From: Octopus sinensis
Taxonomy: Eukaryota
Direction: 5' to 3'
Assembly (NCBI RefSeq): GCF_006345805.1
Contig: NC_043000.1
Location: 56,358,001-56,422,000 of the forward strand
Length of the DNA stretch: 64,000 bases
In this document: positions 1 to 13,315 of the stretch, piece by piece
How positions within the stretch are numbered: position 1 is the stretch's first letter
Layout of the letters: every line of letters begins with the position of its first letter
Program-made: the position numbers and the translations under genes
Notes under the pieces: model-generated
Told to the model about the DNA's origin: nothing
What the model saw: the letters and a program-made list of their open reading frames with translations, nothing else
Database searches by the model: none

Positions 1-302
1 AGCTGGATAATATCTCTGCAACCACCCCTCACTTGTTTTCAAGCAAGGTAATATTTCCCTATGTCTGGACATGTTTTCATGGAACTGGTGCAGAGTGCAC
101 CGATTTCATCCTTTGTTCTACCAGTTCTTCATCTTTGTAGCTAAGACCTGATAGTTCTGCATTTTCTCATTTTCCTTCATCTCTATTCAGCAATCATAAA
201 AGATTACAAGGTTGAAAATTTCACACTGTTAGTTATTTTTGTACTCAATGATCATGTATGATCATCTTCCTTTTCCATGAGGAAATTCCAGAAATTATTA
301 TG

Positions 303-341
<39 letters not shown>

Positions 342-948
342 TAAGAGTGTGAGCTAGCAGAATCATTAGCACACCTGGAAAAATGCTTAGTGGAAATTTA
401 AGTCGATTTTGCCTTTCATCCTTTCAGGATCAATAAAATAAGTACCAGTGAAACAGGTGGGATCCAGTTAGAATTTTCTTCAGGTCGAGTAGCCTATCCC
501 ACTCAAAAGGTCCCTGAATAAGGGTTGTTTAAGGATGATCAACAAAACATCCATGTTTCCAGAGGTGAATTATTCAAACCCCAAAGAATCCCTCTCAACA
601 CATAGCTATGATGCTCCCCCACTACTTCTGCATGAGATCAGAGATGTACATATCATCAGCTACTAAGGAACATGCTCAACTGGTTAAGGTCAAACAACAG
701 ACAAGCAAATTTGTGGTATTGAGCAGAATATTTGTTGTCAGTGGCAAGCTGGCAGAATCGTTAGCATGCCAGGCAAAATACAAAGTGGCATTTCATCCAT
801 CTCTGAGTTCTGAGTTCAAATACTGCCACGGTTGACTTTGCATTTCATACTTCATGGTTGATAAATTAAGTATTGGTTGAACACTGAGACCAATTTAATT
901 GACCTACACCCCACTCTGAAATTGCTGGCCTTGGTCAAAATTTGAAGC

Positions 949-985
<37 letters not shown>

Positions 986-1707
986 GAAGTCGGTCAGCTG
1001 GCAGAATCATTAGCATGTCAGGCAAAAGGCTTAGTGATATTTTGTCTGCCACTACATTCTGAGCTTAAATACTACTGAGGTTGTCTTTGCCTTTCATCCT
1101 TCAGGGATCGACTAAGTACCAGTTATGCACTGGGATTGATATAATTGACTTAATCCCGTCCACCAAATTTGAAACCTCGAGCTTCCAGTAGAAAGGATTA
1201 TTATTATTATTAAGGCGGTGAGCTGGCAGAATCGTTAGCATGCCAGGTAAAAATGATTAGCTGCATTTCATTCATCATAAACATGTTCAGAGTTCAAATC
1301 CTGCTGAGGTTGACTTTGCTTTTCTTCCTTTCGGATATCGATAAATTAAGTACCAGTGAAACACTGGGGTTGATGTAATCAACTAGTCCCCTCCCCCTAG
1401 ATTTCAGGCCTTGTGCCTACTGTAGAAAGGATTATTATTATTATTTTTATTATTATATTATTATTATTATTATTATTATTATTTATTATTATTATTATTA
1501 AGACAGCAGGCCAAAAAAAAAAGAATGCTTAGCAGTATTCTTTCTGGCTTTATGCTCTGAGTTTGAGTGTCACTGAGGTCAACTTTGCCTTTCATTCTTT
1601 CAGGATCGATAACATAAGTACCAGCTGTGCACTGGGGTCGATGTAATCAATTAGCCCCACCTACCATGAAAATAAAAATAAGAAATAAGTGGAAATTTTA
1701 CCAGTGG

Positions 1708-2350
1708 GTGGCACAAAATTATAAGGCACAAAAAGAAAATGACTCTCCCCAAACACAACAGAATATGTTTCAACACAAAAACTCACATAAAGAATCTTGC
1801 AAACCAAATCCAAAAAGGAAGTATTATTATTATTATTATCAATACAGTAAACCCCTCACCATATCACAGTTCACCTATCACACACTCAGTACATTGTGGT
1901 TCACCTATTGTACACTTAGTGCATCACAGATTTTTCTGGTTAATATATGTAAATTTATATTGCAGATTCCTCAGTATGTCCTGGTTTTTGCCGCTGATAT
2001 TTTTTTAGATTTTAATTATTTCGGTGGGAAGTTTTGGAACATATTTGCAGTAGTCAAGGTGAGGGGGGGGTGAGAAAAAGGAGGCGTTGGGAGAAAGGTA
2101 GTGGATAGGGGGATGCTATGAATTTATTATGATATTATTATAGTATTGTATACAAATTATATAATATTATATTAAATATCAAATGATTCATAGTATATAT
2201 AAATTAGTAAAATATAAAATATTTATTTATGCATAAAAACAAAGATGGGGGCACAAAATTATAAGACACAAAAAGAAAATGACTCTCCCCAAACACAACA
2301 GAATATGCTTCAACACACAAACTCACATAAAGAATCTTGCAAACCAAATG
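1708..2350. repeat. Dispersed ~103-bp direct repeat, 540 bp apart
   Basis: GACTCTCCCC at 1741 and 2281. GGCACAAAATTATAAG...CTTGCAAACCAAAT occurs in both copies. Confidence 0.9.
1966..2058 (+). CDS. Weak candidate 93-nt phase 0-0 exon (IPQYVLVFAADIFLDFNYFGGKFWNIFAVVK)
   Basis: ATTTATATTGCAG acceptor, AAG|GTGAGG donor and an open frame. However, it lies between two duplicated segments that may belong to a transposon. Confidence 0.2.
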
Positions 2351-2430
2351 CATAAATTGTTGTTGTTGTTGCTGAGGGTATTATGCGGCCATGACAGGGG
2401 GCAGTGACCCAAAAAGTTTGAGAACCTCTG
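2330..2430. mobile_element. hAT-like MITE terminus
   Basis: Ends GGGGCAGTGACCCAAAAAGTTTGAGAACCTCTG. Its reverse complement CAGAGGTTCTCAAACT resembles hAT/Charlie TIRs. No partner TIR was located. Confidence 0.4.
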
Positions 2431-3056
2431 ATATAAAACAACACAAACATTTAGATTGATAAGGTTTTTCTAAGGATGAGGGCAGTACTAGTAGCACAAT
2501 CTTCTGGATTTCTTTGAGATATTGTGTTCCCCTGGATGCTTCTAACATCCCTTTTGATGATGATGATGATGATGATATTATTATTATTATTATTAAGGAG
2601 GTGAGCTGGCTAAATTGTTACCATGTTGGACAAAATGCTTAGCAGCATTTCTTCAGATTTTACATTCTGAGTTCAAACCCCACTAAGATCAACATTGCCT
2701 TTCATCCTTTTGAGCCAGATAAAATAAGTAACAGTTGAACACTGGAGTCGATCTAATCAAACAACCCCTCACACAAAATTTCAGGTTTTGTGCTTATTGT
2801 AGAATGTTTCATCATCATAATCATTATTATTAAGGTGGCAATCTGGTGGAATCATTTGTGCATTGGACAAGATACTTACTTCCAGCTCTTTATATTCTGA
2901 GTTCAAATTCTGTTGAGGTTACTTTGTTTTTCATCCTTCCAATATCAATAAAATAAGTACCATTTGAGCAATGGTGGGGAGAGTGATGCAATCGACTGAC
3001 CTCACTCCCTAAAAATGACTCACCTTGTGTCAAAATTTGAAACCAATATTATTATT

Positions 3057-3607
3057 ATTGAATGTGAGAGCAGCACAAGCCATCAAAGTAACACTGGAGT
3101 ACAAATATATGAAACCCAATATGCCCATCATGACTACCCATCTGATAAGGGTACACCAGGCACGTGTGTCTTAACTGTATGTGCATAATACAGTGACCTC
3201 ATATGAAAATAAACAGCACATGACCTTGCAGGAGGGGCCCAGTTAGGATTTTCTTCAGAGTGAGTAGCCCATCCCACTCAAAACGTCCCTGAATAAGGGT
3301 TGTTTAAGGATGATGAACAAAACACCCATGTTCCCAGGAGCAGATTATTCAAACCCCAAAGAGCTCCTCTCACCACATGGCCATGATGCTCCCCCACTAC
3401 TCCTGCTCATGATCAGAGATGCACATATTGTCAGTCACTAAGTGACATGCTCCACTAGTGAAGGTCAAACAACTAATAAGCAAATAAAACAAGCAAATCT
3501 TTGGTACTATGCAGAATATTTGCTGTAGCCCATTTTTTTATATTAACACTTCCAATCAGTTAAGATCAGAAGCCATGAGAGCCACTGCCTGGCATTGCAT
3601 CAGGACA

Positions 3608-3610
<3 letters not shown>
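3057..3610 (+). mobile_element. Unclassified ~550-bp non-coding interspersed repeat (family C) embedded in (ATT)n
   Basis: The same element occurs at 10440-10988 (-), 46565-47030 (+) and partially at 465-722. The full-length copies are bordered by ATT/AAT repeats on both sides. Confidence 0.85.
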
Positions 3611-3660
<50 letters not shown>

Positions 3661-3879
3661 TCACAATGATCAAAGAGCAGATGAAGTTAGTGTAAATAGT
3701 ACAACACTGGGCTAAATATCTTATAGTATTTAGTTTTACGACTCTAGGTTTAAGCTTGAAAGCCCTTTGGGATTGATAAAATATACTGAGATCAATTGAA
3801 TTGACTATATCTTTCCTATACAAATGTTAGCATTGTGCCTTGTGCCTGCTTAAGATACTTAATATTTAATACTTAATAT

Positions 3880-4095
3880 GCGAGCAGCAACTTTGAAAAT
3901 TTTCCAAGAGATGAGGTGTATATGGCAAACAGCTACAAGCACATCAAATGCATATTGACAAGTGAATATTGATTGATTCACATCTTGCTCGATGTCCATC
4001 CACCTTTGGCACAACCTTGCTAAACCTGCACCACCATCCTTGTGAGGAAGCACCTCCTATGTAAGGCCATAGCACTCCAGGGAGTAATGCCATCC
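3880..4095 (-). mobile_element. Possible R4/Dong-like RT-thumb remnant
   Basis: MALHRR.../LPHKDGGAGL resembles ALHP....RLYLPRK.GGRGL. It is short and decayed. Confidence 0.35.
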
Positions 4096-5194
4096 ATTGT
4101 GGGAATGAGTAATATCAAAACTGTATGCACAAAAAAAATAAATAAAATAATAATAATAATAACAAAAATGGATATATCTACTGCATACAGAACAAAAGTA
4201 TCAATAATCAATATGCTCAGATATCAAAAAACAACTGAGAAAACGGGGAATATCTGGAAGTGAGAACAGAATCTGTGAGAATGCGTGAATATATGTCTGG
4301 GTGTGTGTGAATGAACTATATCTAAAGTAAATAGTCATACCTTCTCATGTATATAAATATATGGAGTGGCTGTGTGGTAAGTAGCTTGCTTACCAACCAC
4401 ATGGTTCCAGGTTCAGTCCCACTGCATGGCATCTTGGGCAAGTATATTCTGCTATAGCCCTGGACCAAACAATATCTCGTGAGTGAATTTGTTAGACAAA
4501 AACTGTGGAAGCCCATTGTGTGTATGTGTGTGTGTGTGTATGTGTTTCTTGATTTCTTTATTAGTTTTAGTTTGAGAGCTGCGGCCATGCTGGGGCACTA
4601 CCATTAGCTTTGCTACACTTTCACAACTTGAAACCTCTTCTGATAAGTGGCATTTGGTGAATGAGAGAGTTTGATGTTGCTGCCTTCATTTGCAATTCTT
4701 GCTACAAGGTAGGTACACCCAGATCTCTTGACAGGAGGGGGTCTAGTTTTATTTTGAAGATGCCTACATCCACCCATATAATCATTGTCATCATCATTAT
4801 CATCTAACATTCATTTTTCCACGGGGAAATTGGCTGGACAGTGCTCCTATGCTCTGCTCATCATCTCCTACTCTCCATACTATCATTCTTGAGCCACGCA
4901 TATCTCTCTCTTCTTATCCCCTCCATTCATACTAACATTCCCTATCAAACCACACACCTGTTTATCACTCACAATTGTCATCTATCTTCATGCCAATATC
5001 TAACCATTTGTTACTATTCACTACTCATATATAATTCTTGCTTCTTGAGAGTTTTGTCTTGGCAATCCATGGTACAATCTTACTTTTAAACCATCCTACA
5101 ATCTTACTCCCTCCCACTCTTATATAAATGCATAGTAGCTATGGCTGTTCTCCAAGGCAAGACACCATGTCAAAGTGCCAAAGTAAGACACCTA

Positions 5195-5482
5195 TCGACA
5201 TTGTTAGATAGGTGTGAGAGGCCAGATCTGGCCAGTTTGTAAAAAGAAAAGGTAGAAAATTTGGGACCAGATATATATTTCTTTACTGCCCACAAGGGGC
5301 TAAACATAGAGGGGACAAACAAGGACAGACGAAGAGATTGAGTTGATTATATCACCCCCCAGTGCGAAACTGGTACTTTATTTATCGACCCCAAAAGGAT
5401 GAAAGGCAAAGTTGACCTCGGCGGAATTTGAACTCAGAACGTAACGACCAGATTTAGCCAGTTTAAATGCTAAAGGGTTAAA
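5195..5482. mobile_element. Right part of the same piggyBac-type MITE interrupted by a SINE
   Basis: Ends AAATGCTAAAGGGTTAA. A minus-strand SINE (5275-5445) is flanked by GACCAGAT direct repeats at 5265 and 5446. Confidence 0.65.
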
Positions 5483-5825
5483 TGATGATGATGACAACAA
5501 CGACGATGACAAAGATGATGATGATATATGAGTGAGTGAACAAACAAAAGAAAGTGGCACTCAACACATTTTGTATGAGTTACATATATTTGCTAGTATT
5601 TAGTAACTCAGTTTGATTCAGCTTCATTTGACATAGAAGTCTTTTGACACATGGGATGTAGCCATTTCACCTGATTGTGTGGTAAGAAGCTTTCTTCCCA
5701 ACCACATGGTTCTAGGTTCAGTCCCACAGTATGACACCTTGGGGAAGTGTCTTCTACTATAAGCCTTGGGCTGACCAAAGTCTTGTGAGTGGATTTGGTA
5801 GACAGAAACTGAAAGAAGCCTGTTG

Positions 5826-5859
<34 letters not shown>

Positions 5860-6048
5860 TTTGAGTCAGTGTATCTGTGTTTGTCATCAAGCAATGGCGG
5901 CCATTGCCTGACAATTGCTGCTGGTGTGTTTATGCCCCTGTAACTTAGCAGTTTGGCAAAACAGACTGATAGAATAAGTACTAGACTTAGAAAGAATAAG
6001 TCCTGGCCGCAACGAAATGACTGAAACAAGTATTAAAAAAATACATAG

Positions 6049-6080
<32 letters not shown>

Positions 6081-7067
6081 CTTTGTGTCTGTGTTTGCCC
6101 TCCCTCCACTGGCAACTGGAATTGGTTTGTTTACATCCTTACAACGTAGCCGGATCAGCAAAATAAACCAAACACAATAAGTATTAGGCTTTAGACAAAA
6201 AAAATCTGTTCAATTAAAACATTCAAGGTGCTGTTCCAGCATGGCCAAAGCCCAATGTCTGAATCAAATAGAAGATAACAGTTATATATGCACATTATGA
6301 TTACACAAGAAATATGCATGAATATGTGTGTGTTTATGTGTTATGCATGTATGTGTATATATCAGATATAGATATTCACACACACACACACACACATGCA
6401 CACACTGACCCAGACATCTGATGGGAATCTTAGTCAGTGTGTGTTATATTAAAATAAATCAGCTTTCGTTTCAATTAATGATTTGATTTTTATACAGTTT
6501 TCATTTTTGCTTCACTTATTCATTCTGTTGTTGCATAGCTGTGTATTTCTAGGATTTCTATCATTCTTCCTTTCTATCTTTCTGCCTCTCCTTCCATCTC
6601 ACTTTCCTTCACTTTCTGGTTTTCTTCTACATCTTTACTGTCTGCTTCTATATTTCATTTTATATATATATATATATATATATTTTTCATTTTATATATA
6701 TATATATATATATATATCTTTAGTTTATTTTATGATAGTTTCGAGTTGTTACTTCATGAATATTTTGTTGTTGCTGTTGTAGTTGCTACTTCTGTCGTTT
6801 GTTTATTTGTTCCTTGGTTGTGTTTACATTGCTGCTGCTGCTGTTGTAGTTGTTGTTGTTGGTGGAGGTGATGGTGGTGGTGGTGGTGGCGGTGGTGGTG
6901 GTGGTGGTGGTACTGCTGCAGTTATTTCAGTTGTTAAAATTGAAACAATTTGGTGTGAATATAATGATTCTTACTTTGGCACTTTGGCTTTTTTTTTCCC
7001 CCTTTTTTTTTTACTCTTTTGTAAATTCCAACATTATTTTCTATATCATTATTATTATCATCATCAC

Positions 7068-7121
<54 letters not shown>

Positions 7122-7337
7122 CATCATCATCATCATCAGCAACATCATTATTCTCAACATCGTCATCACTATTAAGAGTGGCAGATTAGCAAAACTGTTA
7201 GAGTGATGACAAGAATACTTTGTAGCATTTACTCTGGCGCAGAGGTCCTCCAGGGTCAAGAGAATTGAATACCAGACAAGCAATGGGTTAGATGATAATG
7301 ATTAAATCACTCCCTTCAGAACTACTATACTTGTGCC

Positions 7338-7383
<46 letters not shown>

Positions 7384-7482
7384 GAAGAGGTCACATAGAA
7401 TCGAATATCATGATGTTGTAAACTGAAGATATTGTGTCTACCAGTGTGATTTGTTATTATTACTATTATGATTATTATCATT

Positions 7483-7870
7483 AAGTAGCTTCTTTACCAA
7501 CCACATGGTTCCGGGTTCAGTCCCACTGCGTGGCACCTTGGGCAAGTGTCTTCTACTATAGCCTCAAGCAAACCAAGCCTTGTGAATGGATTTGGTAGAC
7601 AGAAACTGAAAGAAGCCCGTCGTATATATGTATATATATATATGTGTGTGTGTGTGTTTGTGTGTCTGTGTTTGTCCCCCTAGCATTGCTTGACAACCCA
7701 TGCTGGTGTGTTTATGTCCCCCGTTACTTAGCGGTTCGGCAAAAGAGACCGATAGAATAAGTACTGGGCTTACAAAAGAATAAGTCCCGGGGTCGAGTTG
7801 CTTGATTAAAGGCGGTGCTCCAGCATAGCTGCAGTCAAATGACTGAAACAAGTAAAAGAGTAAAAGAGAG
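7483..7870 (+). mobile_element. tRNA-derived SINE family A (CORE-like central domain, internal TA/TG microsatellite)
   Basis: GGTTCCGGGTTCAGTCCCACTGCGTGGCACCTTGGGCAAGTGTCTTC...CAGCATRGCYGCAGTCAAATGACTGAAACAAGTAAAAGAG. Other copies lie at about 4362, 5670, 33035 and 57490 (+) and 30205, 42560, 43200 and 44125 (-). Confidence 0.88.
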
Positions 7871-7879
7871 AGAGAGTAT

Positions 7880-8108
7880 TAAGGTAGTGAACAGGCAGAA
7901 ATATTAGCATGTCAGCCAAAATACTTAGAAGCATTATGTCTATCTTTATCTTCTGTGTTCGAATTCCATCCTCTAAGGCAACTCTGCCTTTCATCTTTTC
8001 AGGGTCAATGAACATTGGGATCAATGTAATTGACTTACCCTTACCCCTAAAATTGCTGGCCTTGTGCCAAAATTTGAAACCAATAATAATAATGATAATG
8101 ATAATAAC

Positions 8109-8162
<54 letters not shown>

Positions 8163-8356
8163 GTGGTGAGCTGGCAGAATTGGTGTCATGTTGTCCATGC
8201 TTACATTCTGAGTTCAAATTCTGCTGTGGCTAACTTTACCTTTCAACCTTCTGAGGTCCATAAAATAATTACCAGTTGAACACAGGTCGATGTAATTGAC
8301 TCATCCCCTCCCTCAAAATCACTGCCCTTGGGGCAAAATTTGAAACCATCACCATC

Positions 8357-8388
<32 letters not shown>

Positions 8389-8596
8389 TAATGTGGCAAA
8401 CTGGCAGAATCACTATCAAAATGCTACATCGAATTTTACCTGTCTTTATGTTCTGAATTCAGATTCTACCGAGGTTGACTTTGCCATTCATCCTTTTTGG
8501 GGTCTATAAAATAAGTACCAGTTGAACACTGGGGTTGATGTAATTGACTTACCCCCTCCCCTGAAATTACTGGCCTTGTGCCAAAATTCGAAACCA
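7880..8596 (+). mobile_element. Three tandem family-B SINEs
   Basis: Same motifs at about 7880, 8160 and 8391, separated by (AAT)n/(ATT)n. Confidence 0.88.
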
Positions 8597-8610
8597 TTAT
8601 TATTATCATT

Positions 8611-8648
<38 letters not shown>

Positions 8649-8877
8649 CATTGTCATAATCAACAGCATTATTGTTGCTTCTGTAAGCAAGTCATGCTTT
8701 ATAAGAGCTGTGCATTTGAAGACTTCTTAATTCTTTGCATATTTTGTTGCAGAAATAACCCCAAGAGCCAAGATGGGTCAGCACCATTTTTTTTTTTTTT
8801 TTTTTTAACACTTTAAGAGTCTGTGTCCACTGAGTCCTCTTTCTTAACAGTTTTGTTTGCAAACAATAATAAATAGA

Positions 8878-8923
<46 letters not shown>

Positions 8924-8929
8924 TAATAA

Positions 8930-9021
8930 TAATAATAATAATGATAATAATAATAATAATGATAATAATAATAATAAATAGAAAATGGTGTTTCACACCA
9001 AGAAAGTGAGAAATGTGTGTA

Positions 9022-9060
<39 letters not shown>

Positions 9061-9758
9061 CAAACAGAGAATGTGAGGGAGGGTGAGAGAGGGAGAAGGG
9101 AAGGGCGAGAGAGAGAGAGGGTACATTTGGAGAAGAGCATTCCCACCTCTTCTTTACTGAAGAAACTTTTCAACCATTCAACAACTCAACCATTACTACC
9201 ACTCCCATCAGCAACAGTGCTATTAATGTCAATGACAACAAAAAAGAGAAGAAGAAGAACAACAACAACAACGATGATGAGGATGATGATGATAGTGGAG
9301 GTGGTGAGGAGGAGGAGGAGGAGGAGGAGGAGAAGGATAAGAAGAAGAAGAAGAAGAAGAAGAAGACAATGATGATGATGATGATGATGATGATAAATGT
9401 CTCAATTGCAGTAGTTACTGGTGGAAGAATAATGAGTGGACTAGAACAAGAATATTTAACTGCAAGAGGAAGTTATCTTCCAGGAGTCTAAAAACATTTG
9501 GTTGCAGCTCCATCAAAAACAAGCTGTGGAAAAGTGTACTTATTTTATCAACCCCCAAAAGGATGAAAGGCAAAGTCAACCTTGGCAGAATTTGGACTCA
9601 GAACATGAACACAAACAAAACACCACTAAGCACTTCACCCGGTGTGCTAACAATACAGCCAGCTCACCACCTTAATAATGATAATAATAATAATAATGAT
9701 AATAATAATAATAAATAGAAAATGGTGTTTCACACCAAGAAAGTGAGAAATGTGTGTA

Positions 9759-9793
<35 letters not shown>

Positions 9794-10398
9794 CAAACAG
9801 AGAATGTGAGGGAGGGTGAGAGAGGGAGAAGGGAAGGGCGAGAGAGAGAGAGGGTACATTTGGAGAAGAGCATTCCCACCTCTTCTTTACTGAAGAAACT
9901 TTTCAACCATTCAACAACTCAACCATTACTACCACTCCCATCAGCAACAGTGCTATTAATGTCAATGACAACAAAAAAGAGAAGAAGAAGAACAACAACA
10001 ACGATGATGAGGATGATGATGATAGTGGAGGTGGTGAGGAGGAGGAGGAGGAGGAGGAGAAGGATAAGAAGAAGAAGAAGAAGAAGACAATGATGATGAT
10101 GATGATGATGATAAATGTCTCAATTGCAGTAGTTACTGGTGGAAGAATAATGAGTGGACTAGAACAAGAATATTTAACTGCAAGAGGAAGTTATCTTCCA
10201 GGAGTCTAAAAACATTTGGTTGCAGCTCCATCAAAAACAAGCTGTGGAAAAGTGTACTTATTTTATCAACCCCCAAAAGGATGAAAGGCAAAGTCAACCT
10301 TGGCAGAATTTGGACTCAGAACATGAACACAAACAAAACACCACTAAGCACTTCACCCGGTGTGCTAACAATACAGCCAGCTCACCACCTTAATAATG

Positions 10399-10410
<12 letters not shown>
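8930..10410. repeat. Tandem duplication, period ~737 bp
   Basis: GAAAATGGTG at 8981 and 9718. Copies differ mainly in microsatellite length. Junctions are in (AAT)n. Confidence 0.95.
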
Positions 10411-10437
<27 letters not shown>

Positions 10438-10439
10438 TT

Positions 10440-10988
10440 AAATGCCCTGATGCAATACCAGGCAGTGGCTCTCATGGCTTCTGATCTTAACTGATTGGAA
10501 GTGTTACCATGTACATTGTTTTGTCTTGGTATAAAATATGGGCTACAGAAAATATTCTTCTCAATACACAGATTTGCTTGTCGGTTGTTTGACCTTAATT
10601 AGTTGAGCATGTCCCTTGGTGGCTGATGATATATGCATCTCTGATCATTGATCATGAGCAAAAGTAGTCGGGGAGCATCATAACCATGTGCTGAGAGGAA
10701 TTCTTTGGGGTTTGGTTAATTCACCTCTGGAAACATGGGTGTTTTGTTCAGCATCCTTAAACAACCCTTATTCAAGGACCTTTTGAGTGGGTGGGCTACT
10801 CAACCTGAAGAAAGTTCTAACTGGGCCCCACATGCAAGGTCATGCATTGTTTATCTTGATATGAGATCACCATGTCACGCACATGTGGCTGATGTACCCT
10901 TATCAGATGGATAGTCATGATGGGTACATTGGGCTTCATATAATTGTACCCCAGTGTCACTTTCATGGCATATGCTGCTCTCTCACTC
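10440..10988 (-). mobile_element. Family C repeat, full length
   Basis: Reverse complement of 3057-3610, with (AAT)n on both flanks. Confidence 0.85.
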
Positions 10989-10999
10989 AATAATAATAA

Positions 11000-11750
11000 T
11001 AATAATTCTTTCTTCTATAAGAAGGAGGTCTGAAATTTATGGGGAGAAGTTAGCTGATTACAATGACACTGGTGCTCAACCGGTATTTATTTCATTGACC
11101 CTGAAAGATGAAAATACAAGTCAGCCACAGTGGAATTTGAACTCAGAACATAAAGCCAGAAGAAATAGTGCCAAGCATTTTGCCTGGGGTGCTAATGATT
11201 CTACCAGGTTCCCACCTTAGTAGTAATAGTAGTAGTAATAGTAAAAATAATAATAATGCTTTCTACTATAAGTACAAGACCTGAAATGTAGAGAGGAGGG
11301 GGTTAAACAATTGTAACAACTCAATGCTTGACTGGTACTTAATTTATGGACCTTCAAAAGGATGAAAAGCAAAGTTGACCTCAATGGGATTTGAACTCGG
11401 ATTGTAAAGATTGGCAAAATGCATTTTGTCTGGTATGCTAACGATTCTACCTGTAGTAGTGGTAGTAGCAGCAGCAGCAGCAGCAACGATGTTGATGAGG
11501 AATTCTTTTGTTCTCTCTTGATACCTATTTCTTTACTACCCACAAGGGGCTAAACATAGAGAGGACAAACAAGGGCAGACAAATGGATTAAGTCGATTAT
11601 ATCGACCCCAGTCTGTAACTGGTACTTAATTTATCAACCCTGAAAGGATGAAAGGTAAAGTCGACCTCGGCGGAATTTGAACTCACAACGTAATGGCAGA
11701 CGAAATACCGCTAAGCGTTTCGCCCGGTGTGCTAACGTTTCTGCCAGCTC
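11000..11750 (-). mobile_element. Three minus-strand family-B SINEs
   Basis: Reverse-complement copies (AAAGGATGAAAGG.AAAGTCGACCTCGGCGGAATTTGAACTCA) at about 11000-11218, 11250-11450 and 11525-11750. Confidence 0.85.
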
Positions 11751-13228
11751 TCTCTTGATACCATACCGCTGCTCACTTTACTATTATGTTTCCATACAGC
11801 AGGCATCCCTGGGTAATTTTTCCAAATGATTATTTCAAGTTTATTTATTCCAGCTTTGATTAATATGTGTTTGCATGTTCGTAGCTATCACCACTTCAAC
11901 CCTTAACAGAACTAAGATAACAAACTAGCACAACCAACAACAACAACAACAAGAAAACCCCCACCACCTCCACCACCATCATCACAACTACCAACAACAA
12001 CAACAACAATAATAATAATAACCATGAGAACAACATCAGCAGTAACATACAACTTTAAAATTTCCCTCCGGCTTATACTTTGGGTATTAAATTTAAAATA
12101 AATGAAAGTAAACAAAGAGAAAAAAATTTAAAAAGGAAGCACTTTTAACTAAAAGCTTCCATCCTTTCTTTCCTTCTTTTATTTATTTATTTATTTAGTT
12201 ATTAACTCTTTTTATTTATTTGTTCTGTATATTTATTCATTTATTTATTTATTTATTTATTTATTTCCCCCCACAAGAAACAAACTGAAGCAACAAGAGA
12301 TAGACAGTTTAATAACAGAAAGGAAAGAAATTGCCAGAAATAGCATTTCCATTTCTGATCTGCTTTGGAAAACGGTGTTGTGTCGGCAGTGTTGGCGGCG
12401 GCGGCGGCGGCAGAGTTGTTTGAACAAGCAATTGTATATATACCAGATTTTTCTCCTGCAGAGAGAACACAATGTTCCGGACACACAAACAATGTTTTAC
12501 AGCATGAAATGATAAGATTTACAGAGGTTCATCTCAGTTTCATTATTATTGTTTTATCGTGTACACCTTGCCACCGTTTCCACACACATACACACAAATA
12601 CACTGCCACTTAATATATCCAACTTCCATATAATTAGCTGCTATTATTTGTATTCTGTGTATTTACTTGATTGATTGTTTTGTTCGTTTAGTGTCATACA
12701 CTCTGTTATCTCGGAAACTACTGAAGTTAAGAAGAATTCTGTTTCTTTTCTTTCTGCTTTTTTTTTTGTATTTTTAATCAAAGACTGCTGAGGAAAATAA
12801 ATTATCGTTCGTTCACTTACTGTGATTTTCTGAAACTGTACATTATTAGCAACTTACTTGGATATTAAACTATGGCTGAATGCAAGTGATGAGTTTGTGC
12901 ATGTATGTGTGTGTGTGTGCATGTATATACGTCTGTGTGTGTATGCATGTATGTGTGTATGCATGTATATGTATATATCTATCTGTGTGTGTATATACAC
13001 ACACACATACATGAGGAAATTCCTTACTATGTAAAACTCTGTAATTCATATATATATGTGTGTGTCTGTCTGTCTGTGTATACATATATATATGTGTGTG
13101 TGCATATATATATATATACATATATATATGTATATATGTACACACATATGTATATATATATATATTATATATATATATATATATATAATATATATATATA
13201 TACATATATATGTATATATGTACACACA

Positions 13229-13276
<48 letters not shown>

Positions 13277-13315
13277 CATACATATATGTACACACATATA
13301 TGTATATATATATGT

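Larger units (their letters stand above)
342..3046 (+). mobile_element. Head-to-tail cluster of about 7 tRNA-derived SINEs (family B; central domain resembles the Deu/Nin domain)
   Basis: Repeated GGTGAGCTGGCAGAATCGTTAGCA...TCTGAGTTCAAAT...GACTTTGCCTTTCATCCTTTCGGGGTCGATAAA..AAGTACCAG at about 342, 735, 985, 1212, 1501, 2595 and 2831. Most copies are separated by (ATT)n. Confidence 0.88.

Noticed and set aside
5171-6986. Exact 18-bp inverted match CAAAGTGCCAAAGTAAGA (5171-5188 and 6969-6986)
   Set aside because: A single 18-mer match in 64 kb of AT-rich DNA is not far from chance, and it does not extend.
6483-9372. Many ORFs with poly-Ile, Tyr, Asn, Gly or Arg tracts
   Set aside because: They are translations of (ATT)n, (GGT)n, (GAA)n and (GA)n microsatellites, with no complex coding sequence.
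10440-10510. Possible HDV-like or twister ribozyme at the end of family C (hairpins GCCCTG/CAGGC and TCTGATC/GATTGGA)
   Set aside because: I could not place the nested pseudoknot or the catalytic C. CTGATGC is not a hammerhead core.
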